Positions 24,250 through 37,770 are shown, counted from the first letter of the stretch. The stretch: 64,000 nucleotides of DNA from Macrostomum lignano (GCA_002269645.1 NIVC01001054.1:146744-210743), one strand, 5' to 3'. Translations and numbers: made by a program. The notes: generated by a model not told the origin, from the sequence alone.

Positions 24250-25140
24250 CTTCATTTACCGTCCTTTCGAGGGGGCCGTAGCCCAGCGGTAGCGCAGCTG
24301 CTCTGGTGTGCGGCGACCCAGGCTCGATTCCAAGTGCAGTCACATTAATTTGGGGCTGGATTGGAATCTTGGCTTGGCTCGCTTGTGCAATTAACGGCCT
24401 TGAGAGCCAGCACCCCCCAAGGCGCAGTGAATTGTGTACATGCCTAACAATTGATAAAGTTAGGGCCGCTGTACACTCCTGTGTGAGTGTGTGCCTGCGT
24501 AACGTATCCGCGCGCTTGTATGCCTGCTCAGGGGAGTCGGCGGAATGGGCAGTAATGCCTCTCGCCGGTTGTGTGCAAATGACGCTTAAATTGCGCCAGG
24601 GTGCACACAACCCCCCTGCCTCTAATAAAAAAAATACCGTCCTTTCGAGCCTACCGTGTCCCCAAGCAGCTAACCGACGTACATGTAATTGTCATGTCGC
24701 TGTATTGCGACACTCGAGCTGCAGCTGTGGCGACGGTGGACAGCCTGTCTGACCTGTTCGACACTTCATCACGAGTTCTGCAGGGCGACGCGCTAGCGTA
24801 ACGCTTGGGCTGGACTGGGTGCTTTGGACCGCACTCCCCTACTAGCTTGGCTGACGACGGCTTCCTGCTGCGCAGACGCAACTTTCGCCGCCACAGCGAA
24901 AAGCGCCTGAGCGTGCTTGGCTACGCCGATGACCTCTTGATCCGGGCCAAGAGCTACTTACCACCAACCTGTTCAGGTCGTCCTGCTACTCACCTATAGC
25001 AGGGTTCTTTCAGGCGGGGTCAGGCCCGAACGCGTCGATACATGCACTGCCTGCTATGCGACGTTGGGGCGCTCGACACTGCTAACGAGGCGGACTTAGT
25101 CCGCTCCCAGGCTCTGTGGCGCGCCATCTTACGCGCTCCG
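24250..25140 (+). mobile_element. Non-LTR retrotransposon (LINE) reverse transcriptase fragment, interrupted by a SINE
   Basis: RAYRVPKQL...SLYCDT...RVLQGDAL and SVLGYADDL RT motifs, with stops and frameshifts. Confidence 0.75.
24272..24634 (+). mobile_element. Full-length tRNA-derived SINE (363 bp)
   Basis: tRNA-like head with A box TAGCCCAGCGG and B box GGCTCGATTCC; A-rich tail AATAAAAAAAA; perfect 15-bp TSD TACCGTCCTTTCGAG at 24257-24271 and 24635-24649. Confidence 0.85.
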
Positions 25141-25479
25141 CTCTAACTGGTGGCCCTTCAATGCAGGGCTTCGTATTTTGTTGTTATTGTTGTTAATTTA
25201 TCATTATCACGTGTTTTAATGCAAAACACCTGTGAGGTTTAGAAACGATTAAGACCAATAAGATTTTTATTTGAATAAGCTACGCATACATTCTAACCTG
25301 CCATGAATACTCGTACAATTCTCTACGAGCGTACATAATTTAATTTTGCGATGTACACGTATTTGCAATATATTTACCTTAGCAATATGCTGACTCTCTA
25401 AAATGTATGTGTACGAGTGGTGATTTGTGGACTATACTGTGGCATCTCTGAAATAAAAGTGTAATGGAGTCTAATTTAG

Positions 25480-28034
25480 ATCTCATTATGTAACCACCAT
25501 AGACATCAAGAAGCGGGAATGCGTGCTTTTAGTACTGGTGATGAATGTCAATGCGTTCGTACGCTTTATTCTTCAAGCCAAAAGGCTACGAAGACAAATG
25601 CCGTATCTAAGGCGCAAACGCGGACTCTGGCGTCTGTTCGCGTGCACCGAAGCAGCCAATGAGTTCAGTGACGATGAAGATGGTCTTGCCGTGTCAACGG
25701 AATTTTCTGATACCAACACCGGGCGCAGACGCAAACACCAGCGCGGCAAAACTGTGTCTCATCGTCACCACGGAAGGCTTGACAGCAGAACGACTCACTC
25801 GTCGCATCTGAAGCGCAGGTCGTCGAAAACGAAGGAGGACGACAGTTTTGAAAGCGACTATGCCACCTGCGACGAGGACGATGCGGACAGAAACAAAGCG
25901 CGCCGCCAAAGCCTGCGCCTTCGGCCACATCATCACCACCACCATCACCACCGAGGGCACAGGACCTGCCGCTGTCCAAGCGGTGGTGACGCCGCCTCGC
26001 AAGCCGCCTGCACATCTGGCGCTTGCCGCAGCCGGGTCTCCAAGCGCCTCATGGTGGCCATGCTGGAGGATGGAGCCACCGGTCAGCTCAGCGGCTGTGG
26101 CGCGTGCCACCGGGGCAAAATGCGAGTTCGCACTACCCGGGATGAAGTCAGCATTAGGCGAATATTTCACCAACTGAGCGCCACCATGGACGCCAATTAC
26201 CCGAGCGAATCTCCGCTGGAAATTCCCCGTTCAAGCGCGCTGCGAACCGCGCATCGAGGCCAGGCAGGCAACTTGGCGAGTCCGCGAACTTCACGCACCA
26301 TGACGCTGCCAGCTTCGCCGCAGCAGCAGCCGTTAGCGAGGACTCGACAACTGCCCGCATCGCCTCCAGAGCCGCCGCCTCGACCGTCGCAGGAGCCGCA
26401 GGCAGCGACACCGACTGCATCTGAACCGCCGATGCCCCCGCCGCGCACACCTGTGCTGCCGGCAGTGGAACCTCGGCCACAGGCTCCGCAGCCATCTGAA
26501 TGGGTTCGAGTGTCTGTACAATCCAGCACTGTGCAACAGCAGGAGCAGCATCTGCAACAAAAGCAGCAGCAGCAATCGGATTCCGAGCAGAAATCGCAGC
26601 AGCAGAGCCCAACGCCTCAGCCAATCGGATTAGCCAATAAATCACAGCAAAGTCAGGAGGATAAAAAGACAGGTATTTAATAGTAATCAAAGAGTTCCAA
26701 TGAGCGTAATTTTTACTAGATATACAAATTTTTATCATACTCATAAATGCAGCCATCCGTGGCAGCGGTCGACGTGGCTACCGCCTGTTCCGTCGGGTCT
26801 TCTCAGCTTCTGACAACTACTACGCCGCCCCGTTCCCGCCAATGGAGACAATCAAACTGACCAGCGATGAGGACCAGTGGGAGGACCTGGAGATTTTAGT
26901 TACCGGGCATAATGGCGTTAAAGCAATTGCACCAAAGGTTATTAAGCTCATTGTTATGAAAACTGTAAACTCCCAATTGACCAATGTATAAGCGCTTCGT
27001 CATCGCTGAAAAAAACTACTCAAACTGCTCTCTACCCAACAGACTGCGGACTCAGCAAAGCCGGACAACCGGAACCAACCGGATGCCGACAAAAGCCGTC
27101 AGGCTGCTTCGCTGATTCCCCGTCCATTGCAGCCGAGTCACGCAGTCGAAGGAGGAGGAGGAGGAGGCGGCGGAGGCGGTCACCCATCGGCTGCTGGCGA
27201 TGTGGAGCAGCTGCCTCAAGCAATACAAAAGCAGCAATCTTTGAAACCGATACAACAGCAAAGACAGCAGCAGCAGCAGCAGATCAATCAGTGCAACCAG
27301 CTGCAGTCGCCAACGAAGGCCAATTACGACAAGTTTGCTGGTCAAGGAGGCGCAAGTCGAGCACAGAAAATTTCTCAGGTATCTTGAATAATTTTCTTTG
27401 ACAGACAGTATATAATTCTGGTTTTTCATTCGACCGCAACGGGTCAACGCCAGACAATTGAATGCAGTCTAAAGATTTTAACAACCTTCATCTGATTCTC
27501 CCAGGTTGACTTTGTCGCAATGAAAACAAATAAGGCAGTTTTTAATAGTAATAATCAAGTAACTACTGTATAAGATGTTGGAGTCCTCGATTTAGACTTA
27601 CACCTACATGTAAACTAGTCAGGTAAAGCTATAAGTGCGCCGGCATGATAGTGATATTCTATGCTAGATGGTCATTATGACCGTCGGTAGTTGACGTCGG
27701 TTCGATGCAACCCCCTTCATTGATTCATTCGTTGCAGGACACCAGCGTTCGGCAGTTCGGTTTCAGCCGTCAACAGCATCAGCAGCTGCTGCAGCAACAG
27801 CAACAGCAGCGTCGGGCAAATCCCCTGATGAGCCCGAACCGCCTGCTGCACCGGCTGGGCCCTCCATGCAGCGATGCCGTCTGTGGACGGCAGCGTGCCA
27901 TCCTGCTGCCACCAGCGCCGCCGCCGCCGCCTCTGTCGCCGTTCGGCGCATCACCAAAGCCGCGCCGCGAGCAGCCAGCAGCGCGCGAGTTCGGAGCCGG
28001 CGCCAGGTACAGCAGCAGATACGGGAAGCTTTGA
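25480..28034 (+). CDS. Uncharacterized low-complexity protein (poly-His, Pro/Gln-rich); exons 25480-26672, 26753-26937, 27043-27378, 27738-28034; 5' end unresolved
   Basis: Four GT-AG bounded GC-rich segments join in one open frame; no domain recognised. Confidence 0.65.
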
Positions 28035-28978
28035 AAAATGCTTTTAAACACGTTTTGTTTTTCAAATAATTTTCAAGCCTGAATTAAATCATTTCTTGAC
28101 GGTTCTTGTACAGAGGCTCATTTAGGTATTTATTAAGGGACAATGAAAAACTTGAGCAAACAACAAACTAACTGGAGCAATTTGCATAAGGACGCAATAC
28201 ACGCAAAAAACGCAATACCCTACTAACACAGCAGTACCCGGCTAAGCTTTTGTGCCTGCGGATATCGCAAATCTTACCCAAAAAACGCATCTAAGGCCTT
28301 CAGTGTGTCAACTCGATTCCACTGTTTTTTATTTTCTAATTTACTTTTGAGGATATTTTCCATAGAAAATACAATGTAAGGCAATTTGACTGCATATTGA
28401 ATAATTATCCGCTGTGAACGCAGTGAATTTTTTTAAAGGAAAACCCGTGTTTCAGAGTTTCATTTTTTGTACGGTAATTGCAGTTAAAGGCCGCTACTTG
28501 CAGCCCTGAACAATGCAAAGTCACAGTTTCGTGTCTCATGAATGTTTTAACTGTAATAGTAGTGAGGATTTTCACGACTACGTGGACTTTGACAGAAACG
28601 AACAGAACTATTTCTATTTCAGAAATGCGATGATGACTTGAAATCAGTTTAGCAAGCCCATTACTAATAGAAGTAGTACACTTGACCTGTCCGTGCTTCA
28701 ACTCTTAGGATAGAGTATCTGCTCCGATTGGTCCTTATTAGCAAGTGCTCTGAGAAATTGAACTCTAGCGCCAAGGTCTGTTCTGTGGGTTTGATCATGC
28801 ACCTGTCCAAATTATTTTGGAGTTCGTACTTTGAAATTGGCCGGTGGAGTAGCACCAGTAGTCTATGAAGCTGAGACGACTGAAAAAGTTGCAGTAGTCA
28901 CTGTACGGTGCGGCTTTGCTTACGATGGCAATTTTAAACTAACGTATCATCAATTATGTAGTAAACATCATTGAAGCA

Positions 28979-29236
28979 TTGGTTAATAAAATCGCGTTCG
29001 CAATCGATGCAACCGCGCCAGCTACCGCCGCTAAAGTTACATCGATGGTGAAAGACATCGCCTCAAAGTTTGTCATCGGCCAGAGGAAAACTTGTTTGGC
29101 CCTTCTGAGCTTCTTGCATAGTGTGCAGGTCGTAACAAAGGGGATGTCAACTTATAGTCCCGAAATGGAAGCGTTGTATCAAGTCAATTCAAGGTCACCT
29201 CAGAAGCAGAGCAGCCTTCGCAGTAAACGCGTCTGA
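28979..29236 (+). pseudogene. Possible decayed von Willebrand factor A domain fragment
   Basis: KIAFAIDAT...VKDIASKFVIG..KTCLALLSF resembles the vWA beta1-alpha1-beta2 pattern but lacks the DxSxS MIDAS motif; neighbouring frames carry stops. Confidence 0.35.
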
Positions 29237-30194
29237 CTCTCACGTTCATTTGGGACTTGTGTTCGAAAATTGGCCAAGGGAGTCGTCGCGCAACCATAAC
29301 CAACCATAAGTCTTAACCCCCAAGGCACAGAGAGAGTGAGTGTACATGCCTGACAGAAGGGTAGAGCCGCTATCTTTTTGGTGCTCAAAACCTTTCTACA
29401 AATGTTTACACTGTATATATGTGAAGAAATTTATTATGCTGTCTATGTTTCTTGCCCCAAAATCTGCACAGACCCAATCAGTGGCAGCAGTACGCCGAGG
29501 GTGACAGATGAACCAACTGGTGCTGCGAGTTCACCTGCAACAGCAACTCAACCGTTTGCTGTTGAATTGTTGAGCTCTGCATGATTTCTCAAACTCTGCA
29601 TGGCTTTTAAATGCCGCGACTCCAAAGGCACCGACATCGACAACTGCCGGTGCGCACTCAGGAATGGGACTGCCATTTCAATGGTCGATCGCGTCCTCTA
29701 AATGATTTATTAGCTCGATGTGGGAGTTGAGTACTCCGGTGGAAAGTTAATTTTTCAGTCAAATGCTGTAAGGCTGAAACAATTTTTGCTAATTAACATA
29801 GATTTTTTTCTTATTTTACAATTAAAAATAGCTGAACTATATCAGATAAAATGTATTCATTTTGGCACCTTAATCGCTTGTCTCATACTCGAAGATTTTT
29901 ATTTCATGATAAAAAAGATTGTCGAAATTTGAGATGCTCCATGCAATTTAGCTGCTTTTGGTTGGGACAAGTCATCAGCTTACCAACCCCATGTGGATAG
30001 ACAAGCAGTAAAACTAATGCCGCTGGCATGGATTAATAATTTTAATCATAATAAACAGCATAGAACTTTCGGCATGACTGGCCTCAAACAGCAACTATCG
30101 AATTTTTCAAGTATTACACATTTTTTTGACTAAGTTAATGAAGCAATGAATTTCTGCTTGATGAATGTGAAGTTGCAATAATGCTAAGCCAGCC

Positions 30195-31660
30195 TGTGGC
30201 GCCAGGGGCTTTAGCACCAAAGGCTTTAGCACCAAGGGCTTTAGCACCAAGGGCTTTAGCACCAAGGGCTTTAGCACCAAGGGCGCCAGCACCAATGGCG
30301 CCAGCTCCAAGGGCTTTAGCACCAAAATCTTTAGCACCAATGGCGCAAGCACCAATGGCGCCAGCACCAATGGCGCTAGTACCCCAAGGGCGCCAGCACC
30401 AAGGGCGCCAGCACCAATGGCGCCAGCACCAATGGCGCCAGCACCAATGGCGCCAGCACCAATGGCGCCAGCACCAATGGCGCCAGCACCAATGGCGCCA
30501 GCACCAATGGCGCCAGCTCCAAGGGCTTTAGCACCAGGGCTTTGGCACCAAGGGCTTTAGCACCAAGGGCTTTAGCACCAATGGCGCCAGCACCAATGGC
30601 GCTAGCACCCCAAGGGCGCCAGCACCAAGGGTTTTAGCACCAAGGGCGCCAGCACCAAGGGCGCCAGCAACAAGGGCGCCAGCTCCAAGGGCTTTAGCAC
30701 CAGGGGCTTTGGCACCAAGGGCTTTAGCACCAAGGGCTTTAGCACCAATGGCGCCAGCACCAATGGCGCTAGCACCCCAAGGGCGCCAGCACCAAGGGTT
30801 TTAGCACCAAGGGCGCCAGCACCAAGGGCGCCAGCAACAAGGGCGCCAGCACCAAGGGCGCCAGCACCAAGGGCGCCAGCACCAAGGGCGCCAGCACCAA
30901 GGGCGCCAGCACCAAGGGCGCCAGCACCAAGGGTTTTAGCACCAAGGGCGCCAGCACCAAGGGCTTTAGCACCAGGGGCTTTGGCACCAAGGGCTTTAGC
31001 ACCAGGGGCTTTGGCACCAAGGGCTTTAGCACCAAGGGCGCCAGCACCAATGGCGCCAGCACCAATGGCGCCAGCACCAATGGCGCCAGCACCAATGGCG
31101 CCAGCACCAATGGCGCCAGCACCAATGGCGCCAGCACCAATGGCGCCAGCACCAATGGCGCTAGCACCCCAAGGGCGCCAGCACCAAGGGCGCCAGCACC
31201 AAGGGCGCCAGCACCAAGGGCGCCAGCACCAAGGGCGCCAGCACCAAGGGCGCCAGCACCAAGGGCGCCAGCACCAAGGGCGCCAGCACCAAGGGCGCCA
31301 GCACCAAGGGCGCCAGCACCAAGGGCGCCAGCACCAAGGGCGCCAGCACCAAGGGCGCCAGCACCAAGGGCGCCAGCACCAAGGGCGCCAGCACCAAGGG
31401 CGCCAGCACCAAGGGCGCCAGCACCAAGGGCGCCAGCACCAAGGGCGCCAGCACCAAGGGCGCCAGCACCAAGGGCGCCAGCACCAAGGGCGCCAGCACC
31501 AAGGGCGCCAGCACCAATGGCGCTAGCACCCCAAGGGCGCCAGCACCAAGGGCGCCAGCACCAAGGGCGCCAGCACCAAGGGCGCCTGCACCAAGGGCGC
31601 CTGCACCAAGGGCGCCAGCACCAAGGGCGCCAGCACCAAGGGCGCCAGCGCCAGGGCTGC
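30195..31660. repeat. 15-bp minisatellite (AAGGGCGCCAGCACC and variants) with a 167-bp higher-order duplication
   Basis: Direct periodicity; the block starting at 30541 is repeated at 30708. Confidence 0.95.
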
Positions 31661-31916
31661 CAGAAGATTCCAAATCCCGCAAACTCGAAAGCGATGAGCA
31701 ATGAGAACAATCAATAAGCTTGTCTTATTAATTTTTTTAGGTGAGGTGTTTTCTTAATTTTCAGTTTTATTTAATTTATAGGCAGTAAAGTTTCACGAGC
31801 ATGTTGCATGTTTTTTTTTGAACAAAATATAAAGCTTTTTTATTTATCTACACTAAATTATTCATCTTGAATCCATAGTATAAAATTCTGGAGCATCGAG
31901 AAAGAGCTATTCGGGT

Positions 31917-33644
31917 CTAGTAATCGTCATCATCACTTCGTCGCTTCTTCTTGGTGCCGAAGACCATCTTCTTCCAGGTTTCGGCCGATTTCCGCTCGCC
32001 CTTGGTGATGCCGCTGAAGTCCAGCGTGTTGAGGGTCGGCACGAGGCCCAAGACGAAGTAGAAATAGCCCTGAGGATAAAATTAGGTCGTACTTACAGGG
32101 TAAATGTACTTAGTTAGATACGAGCACGTGGGGTGTGCAGGGCTTGCTTATTGACAGTCACATGTGCCCACTCTGTGCTTTGGGGGCGGGGCCTCATGAG
32201 CATGAAGTGCACAAGCAGAAAAGTCTGCAATTTTTGTGCACAAGCCCAGAATAAATATGGCCACGAGTGTTGTCAAACCAGGGTCACTGTCTACTTGAAG
32301 TAGTACAATGTTGATTTGATGGATTCTAAAATCACACATGAATTTTCATCACAAATGGAGATGGCCCCTTTTCTTTCTTGAATCAAGGACCACTGTAAGT
32401 ATGACAGGACGAAAAACTCGAAGATCGTGTAATATTTTGGAGGCCAATTTCCTGGAAAAATACACAGAAGAGATGGGAAAGAATTTTTTTGTTGAGGATT
32501 GTGTTGTTTTTGTTGTTTTGTTATTTTGTCTACTTTTTTCCAGGAAATTGGCCTCAAAAAATTACACGATCTCTGAGTTTTACAAGTGCGTCCTGTTACA
32601 CTACAGTGGTTATTGTCTTTAACGCAGAGAACTTTCTGTTCTGGCATTTAACACCGGAAAACGCAACCTTTTTGCTTAATGGTAGATTTCGCAACAATAC
32701 AGCATTAATATTCTCCAACCTTCTGTTTCTCAATGGGATTGGCGTGCAAGCTGAGCTTCTTGAGCTGTCGCAGCTGCCCCAATTTCTCAACTTGCTGCAA
32801 GTCTTCGATTCTGTTTGAGTGCAGATTGAGAATTTGCAGATTGGGAAAGGACAGCAGAACCTGCGGGTTTGTTTGGGGGGGTGGTTGCGTAATATGTTGG
32901 AGTTGCCAATTTTATCAGCTTCGGCATGGGACATGTGCCGCATCAAAGTCTAACAGGTGAGCAACACCCAATGTAACAGGTGAGCAAAACCAAGTCTAAC
33001 ACAGGTTAGTAACACCCAGTCTAACAGGTGAGCAACACCCAGTCTAACAGGTGAGCAACACCCAATCTAACAGGTGAGCAACACCCAGTCTAACAGGTGA
33101 GCAACACCCAGTCTAACAGGTGAGTAACACCCAGTCGAACAGGTGAGCAACACCCAGTCTAACAAGGCCAATACACAAGATATGCCTATCAGGTACCACT
33201 AAGTCTCACTACAGCAGATGTGAACCGGTGTACTCACATCGGGAATTGTGGTCAGACAGTTGTGAGACAGATCAATCCAGGACAGGTTGGACGGTGACGC
33301 GAACAGCTCAGTCACAAATTCTGGCAGGCTTGCCACTGACTCGATGCCATTGCTATTAAGCAGTAGTCCGTTGGACATAAATTTTCCGTTCTTGTCTTTC
33401 TTGTACCCTTTCTTGCTGTTGGGTATCGGACGAGGCTCTTGGTCGAGCATATCTGTGATGAGGCGGTTAAAACTATAGTTTATATCTAGTTTATAGGCCT
33501 ATTTCTAAAAAAATTAAAAAAACTTCTCACTGTTATAAAGCATCCAAAAATAAAGTGTTCATACCTTCTAGTTTGCTGATTTCCATAAAGCCATAATTAA
33601 CTGGCGGGCTTGTCTCCCCGTGACAGTCAATTCGTCCCTTTCTT
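31917..33644 (-). CDS. LRRC51: Leucine-rich repeat protein 51-like; exons 33644-33565, 33452-33238, 32860-32720, 32069-31917; start exon unresolved
   Basis: PPVNYGF, LSWIDLSHNCLTTI, LNLHSNRI, LSLHANPI, GYFYFVL...LDFSGITKGERKSAETWKKM match recalled LRRC51 sequence; exons join in frame. Confidence 0.85.
32947..33165. repeat. 23-bp intronic minisatellite (CCCAGTCTAACAGGTGAGCAACA)
   Basis: About 9 tandem units in the LRRC51 intron. Confidence 0.9.
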
Positions 33645-36600
33645 CTAAAATTTAATACGGCAGTGAAGAAATCCAGTTTTATTGGCTTTGTAATGGAAAT
33701 AAAAAACGAATAAGTAGGCAATTTATGAAAAGACAGTAATTTTGGCTGTTTTAATAAAACTATATTATGTTCCAGAAATTTTTTTGTTTTACCACTGTCG
33801 TATGGATACTTTATCATCTTTATGGTAAAATTTTATTCATCAAATACTAAAATTGATCATGTGCATATACAAGCCGAAGAAATGTATTTAGCTATATGTA
33901 GGTAAATGCTTTTGATTTAAGAAAAATTGAATTCGAAAACAATCTCATTTGATATGACTAAAGTTTGATCTTTGATGATAAAGCAGTCATTAACTGATAC
34001 CAGCAGAAAAATATACAAGGATCCATCGCACTATGAAATAACGCGAGAACCTCGCGAAATCGTGTCCAGAAAATGGTTTTAATATACATTGTTAGCACGG
34101 ACAGTAATAAGTAATATGGCTTGGCTTTTATGGGAATAAAAAATCGTTGCTAGCAGAGGAAGATAGAAAAACACTAAGCAAATATGTGCTTACTCTGTCA
34201 TAGCAGCTATCCCGTTTTGGTTAATGATCAGTGGTCTGCTAACCAAAATGTTAGAAAAGCAAAAATAGCAACCGTTTTTGTAGATAAAGACTTTGATTCG
34301 CATATTGAAAATCTTAAAAACTGTTGTTCTAAGCAACACCTTTTTCAAACAAATACTTTACAGTTTGTAAGTGAATATGCTACAAAACAAAATTAAATTT
34401 GTAATTTAAGCAACAGAAAACGTTTATTACTTTGAAATATATAACGAATTTACGTTTAACTTTCATACGTTATCACATGCGGGCAGTGCATGCATTACGT
34501 CGGCAGTCCTACTCTCCTAGGCCTACTAAAATTTAATAAAGACCAACAGATACTAAAAGTCCAACGGATTTCTGGACCGCTTTCGTATTGTTATTAGCAT
34601 GTGGCTCATTCCATATAAGATGGACATATTTGGAAAATAGAAAAAAGTCAATATTTTTGCTTGCCACTGCCTGATTAGCCAATTTTTTTACCAAATGTTT
34701 TTTATGTGTATGTAACATCTACAATCTAAGAATAAATGAATGATAAAATGTTAGATTAGTATGTTATCAAGTGGCAAAAAGTAATTTTTGTAAAAATTTG
34801 GACAGTTTTTTAAGCAAAAGACATCATTAAGTTTGTGAACCTTTTAAAAACAAATAGAAAGCTTTGGAAGGTTGAAACAAACTATAGATAAAAGTATAGT
34901 ACTTGCATCATCAGATAAAAGTATTGATGGACAAATAATCAATTATATTTTTAATATATTGGTACCTCTAAGTTACTGAATTGACAGAACAAAATATGTT
35001 ACGACCAGAATGTTACGACCATAAGGCTGCCTTTTTTGTATCTTTGTTGCCTTTTTGAGTTTATATATTCTACAAAAAGAGTATGATTTCTGAAGATGTT
35101 CTTAGTCGAATTTTAAAAAAATTATTGCAAAATATCAAAAATGAAAAATGTTATAAGACTTTTACCTTTTAGTTTCTATCTGTCAAAAATCCTGTCGTTA
35201 CAACCAGAAGTGCCATTCAAGGTTTAATAGCATCTATATTAATGATGATATCTACATGAAACTCTATAAAAATATTCTTGACAAAAAAATCTTTCATTTA
35301 AAATATTGGTTTAGTGTATTCTATTATTAGATTTCATTTTATAAGTAAAAATAGCCTGTCATGTTACGACCATAATTATATGGAATTGCCCATGTTTCAT
35401 TTTAATTTTCACTTTAATTCAGCCTAACGTCACCTGAGGAACGTTGGGGAACGTTAGATTAAGGATTTGCTTCACAGACAAGTTTAAAAATGATTAAATG
35501 AATTATTGATGGACTTGAATTAGGGCCTAGCACTACTAATCACTAGCACACCAAGCACAGATGACCTATGAGCATGGCTTATATATATGGGTTAATAAAC
35601 TGTATTTCATAGTCATTTCTATTTTATATCAATTCCATTTATATATAAACCTATTTTTCAATTAAATAGGGGCCTACTTTAGCAGTTAGCTATAGCCATT
35701 TTATAATTTTGGCATTAAGTTGAAGATATCATTAAATAATTAGGCCAATACTATACTACAGTATAGTATATGAAATATATGTATAAAAATATATGTATAA
35801 ATATGTATAAAATATATATATATCATATATGAAATAGAAAGCCAATTAACAATATTATATTATAATTTATTTAAAAATAAAATATTAGGCCCTACTCATT
35901 AAATATAGTTGTAGGCCTAAATAGAAATGGCCCCAAAATGATTTTTGCTAGGTAGCCTACGCTGCCTACTAGCTAGGCCTACCACTTGAAACCTGAAATT
36001 GAAATTTGATATATACCTGAAACCCAAAAGACAAAAGTGACCCAAAATTTTGAAGCCAACAAAGCAATCAAGCATGCAATTGAGATACAGTTTATATTTT
36101 GTTCATAAGCTTATTTGTTCAAAATAGGCCTATTCAAGAATGTCATTATTCATTAAGTATATTTCGAGCTTCAAGTTCAAATTAGTTTTGATAAACAAAA
36201 GCTATTGTAAATTTTCAGCTTAAAGCCTAATTATTAGGCCTACTAAGAATTATTCTTCTTAGTCACAGAGACAGAGTCCCTAGTATAGTAATACTAAAGA
36301 CAATAAAGAAATGCTCAGAAATTGTGCTGGACTTGGAGGCAGGCACAACAAGAATGTGCTTAGCAAGCTTTTCAATTTCATTTGTCAAAACTGTACTCTG
36401 TACACAAGACTACTTAGACTAGGCTTTTGGTTTTGGTATTTGGGGATTGCCAATTTGGGGTTTAGAGTCTAATAATGAAAGGAGAGGGTGATCAGTGGAG
36501 CCCAAAAGTTAAGGTGGGGAGCAAACCCATAAAATTCCATTGTGAAGATAGAGAGAGAGAGAAAAAAAAAGAAAGAGAGAGAGAGAGGGGGGTTCAAGTG

Positions 36601-37349
36601 GCAAACATTGCAAGACTGGAAGACAGAAGAGGAAGGGTGGCTAAGTGGCAAACATACAAATACAAAGAAGGGCAAAGAGTTAAATGAGGGCTGATTTAGA
36701 TTTGCCTCTTGTTTTCTATATTAAGTTTATAAACTTAGGCCCTATCATCAATTTATATAGATCAATTCACTAATTTTGACTATGGTATATCTGGTATCTT
36801 GTCTATGCTCTAGCAGTGCCTACACTGCCTAGTATAGACTTTAGTGTTAAGGTGATGATTTCACTGTTTAGCTAATACACAGGGAAAGGCACCAATAATA
36901 AAACCAATTGAATCTTGGCATAGCCCTAGCTATCTGCTTACATTGTTATAACTGCTATGTACACTCAGCCTAAGCCCAAACCTTCTTTAAAACTTATAAA
37001 GAACTAAAAAAATAAAATTAAATATATTAGACTTGTTATGCCATTTGCATTAAGGCTGCATTTTTTATTATATTATAAGCTTAATATATAAGTAAAAAGT
37101 AATTGAAAATGTATAGCAATGTTTTTTATTATACTTATAGGCCTAATCTGAATTTTAGTCAACTTAATTTATCTTTATATCATATATGTGCAACTGCTGG
37201 CCGATCTGGCTGATCTTGCTACTGTAAGTTGTGGTGTACTAGCATACATGTGCTACCTCCAAAATTCAGTCGGCTGTGCAACTTAGTTTTAACAAAAATA
37301 AACTAAAGGCTAAAATAAAAGGCTAAGGCTAAAAATGCAACTTACATGT

Positions 37350-37770
37350 AAAAAAATCCTAAAGCAAAATTAATGCAACATTGGGTAAACGGCAGGAGTA
37401 ACTATGACTGTCTTATTAACCCAAAATGCCTCATCAGCTATTTAGTACTACTACATGGGTGTTTTTTGAGTGGGCATTTTTGTGACTTCCTTGATTGGCT
37501 GCCAAATTGGTCGGCTGGATCAGCTGACTCGGCCAACTGTTGCGCATGTATGTGTACTAGTGGTAAGTTGCAAAAATGCCACCCCAAAGAATACGGACAT
37601 AGTACTAATTAGATGCCAAGGCATTTAGGCCTGATAAGACAAATACATTTATTCCTGCTGTTTATCCAAAACTGTGTTAATTTTGCTTTAGGATTTTTTT
37701 CACAGGTAAGTCACATTTTTTATCAAAAAGTAAGTCGCATGGCCAGTGTAAATCTGGGGAGGGGTTGCGC
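37350..37770. repeat. Foldback/MITE-like element with ~105-bp inverted arms; related copies at ~37910-37995 and ~40150-40330
   Basis: 37350-37455 is the approximate reverse complement of 37597-37700; the arm sequence CCTAAAGCAAAA...GCAGGAGTAACTATGACTG recurs at ~40230-40285. Confidence 0.65.

Noticed and set aside
24272-24345. tRNA gene
   Set aside because: The acceptor stem does not close; a ~290-bp body, A tail and TSD make it a SINE.
30769-31714. Elastin- or silk-like GAGAL and LVLAP ORFs on the minus strand
   Set aside because: Frames switch at recurring 17-bp units; no splice or signal-peptide support.
34990-35395. TGTTACGACC repeats ending at a GGGCAATTCC-like terminus
   Set aside because: Looks like one transposon end, but I found no partner TIR.
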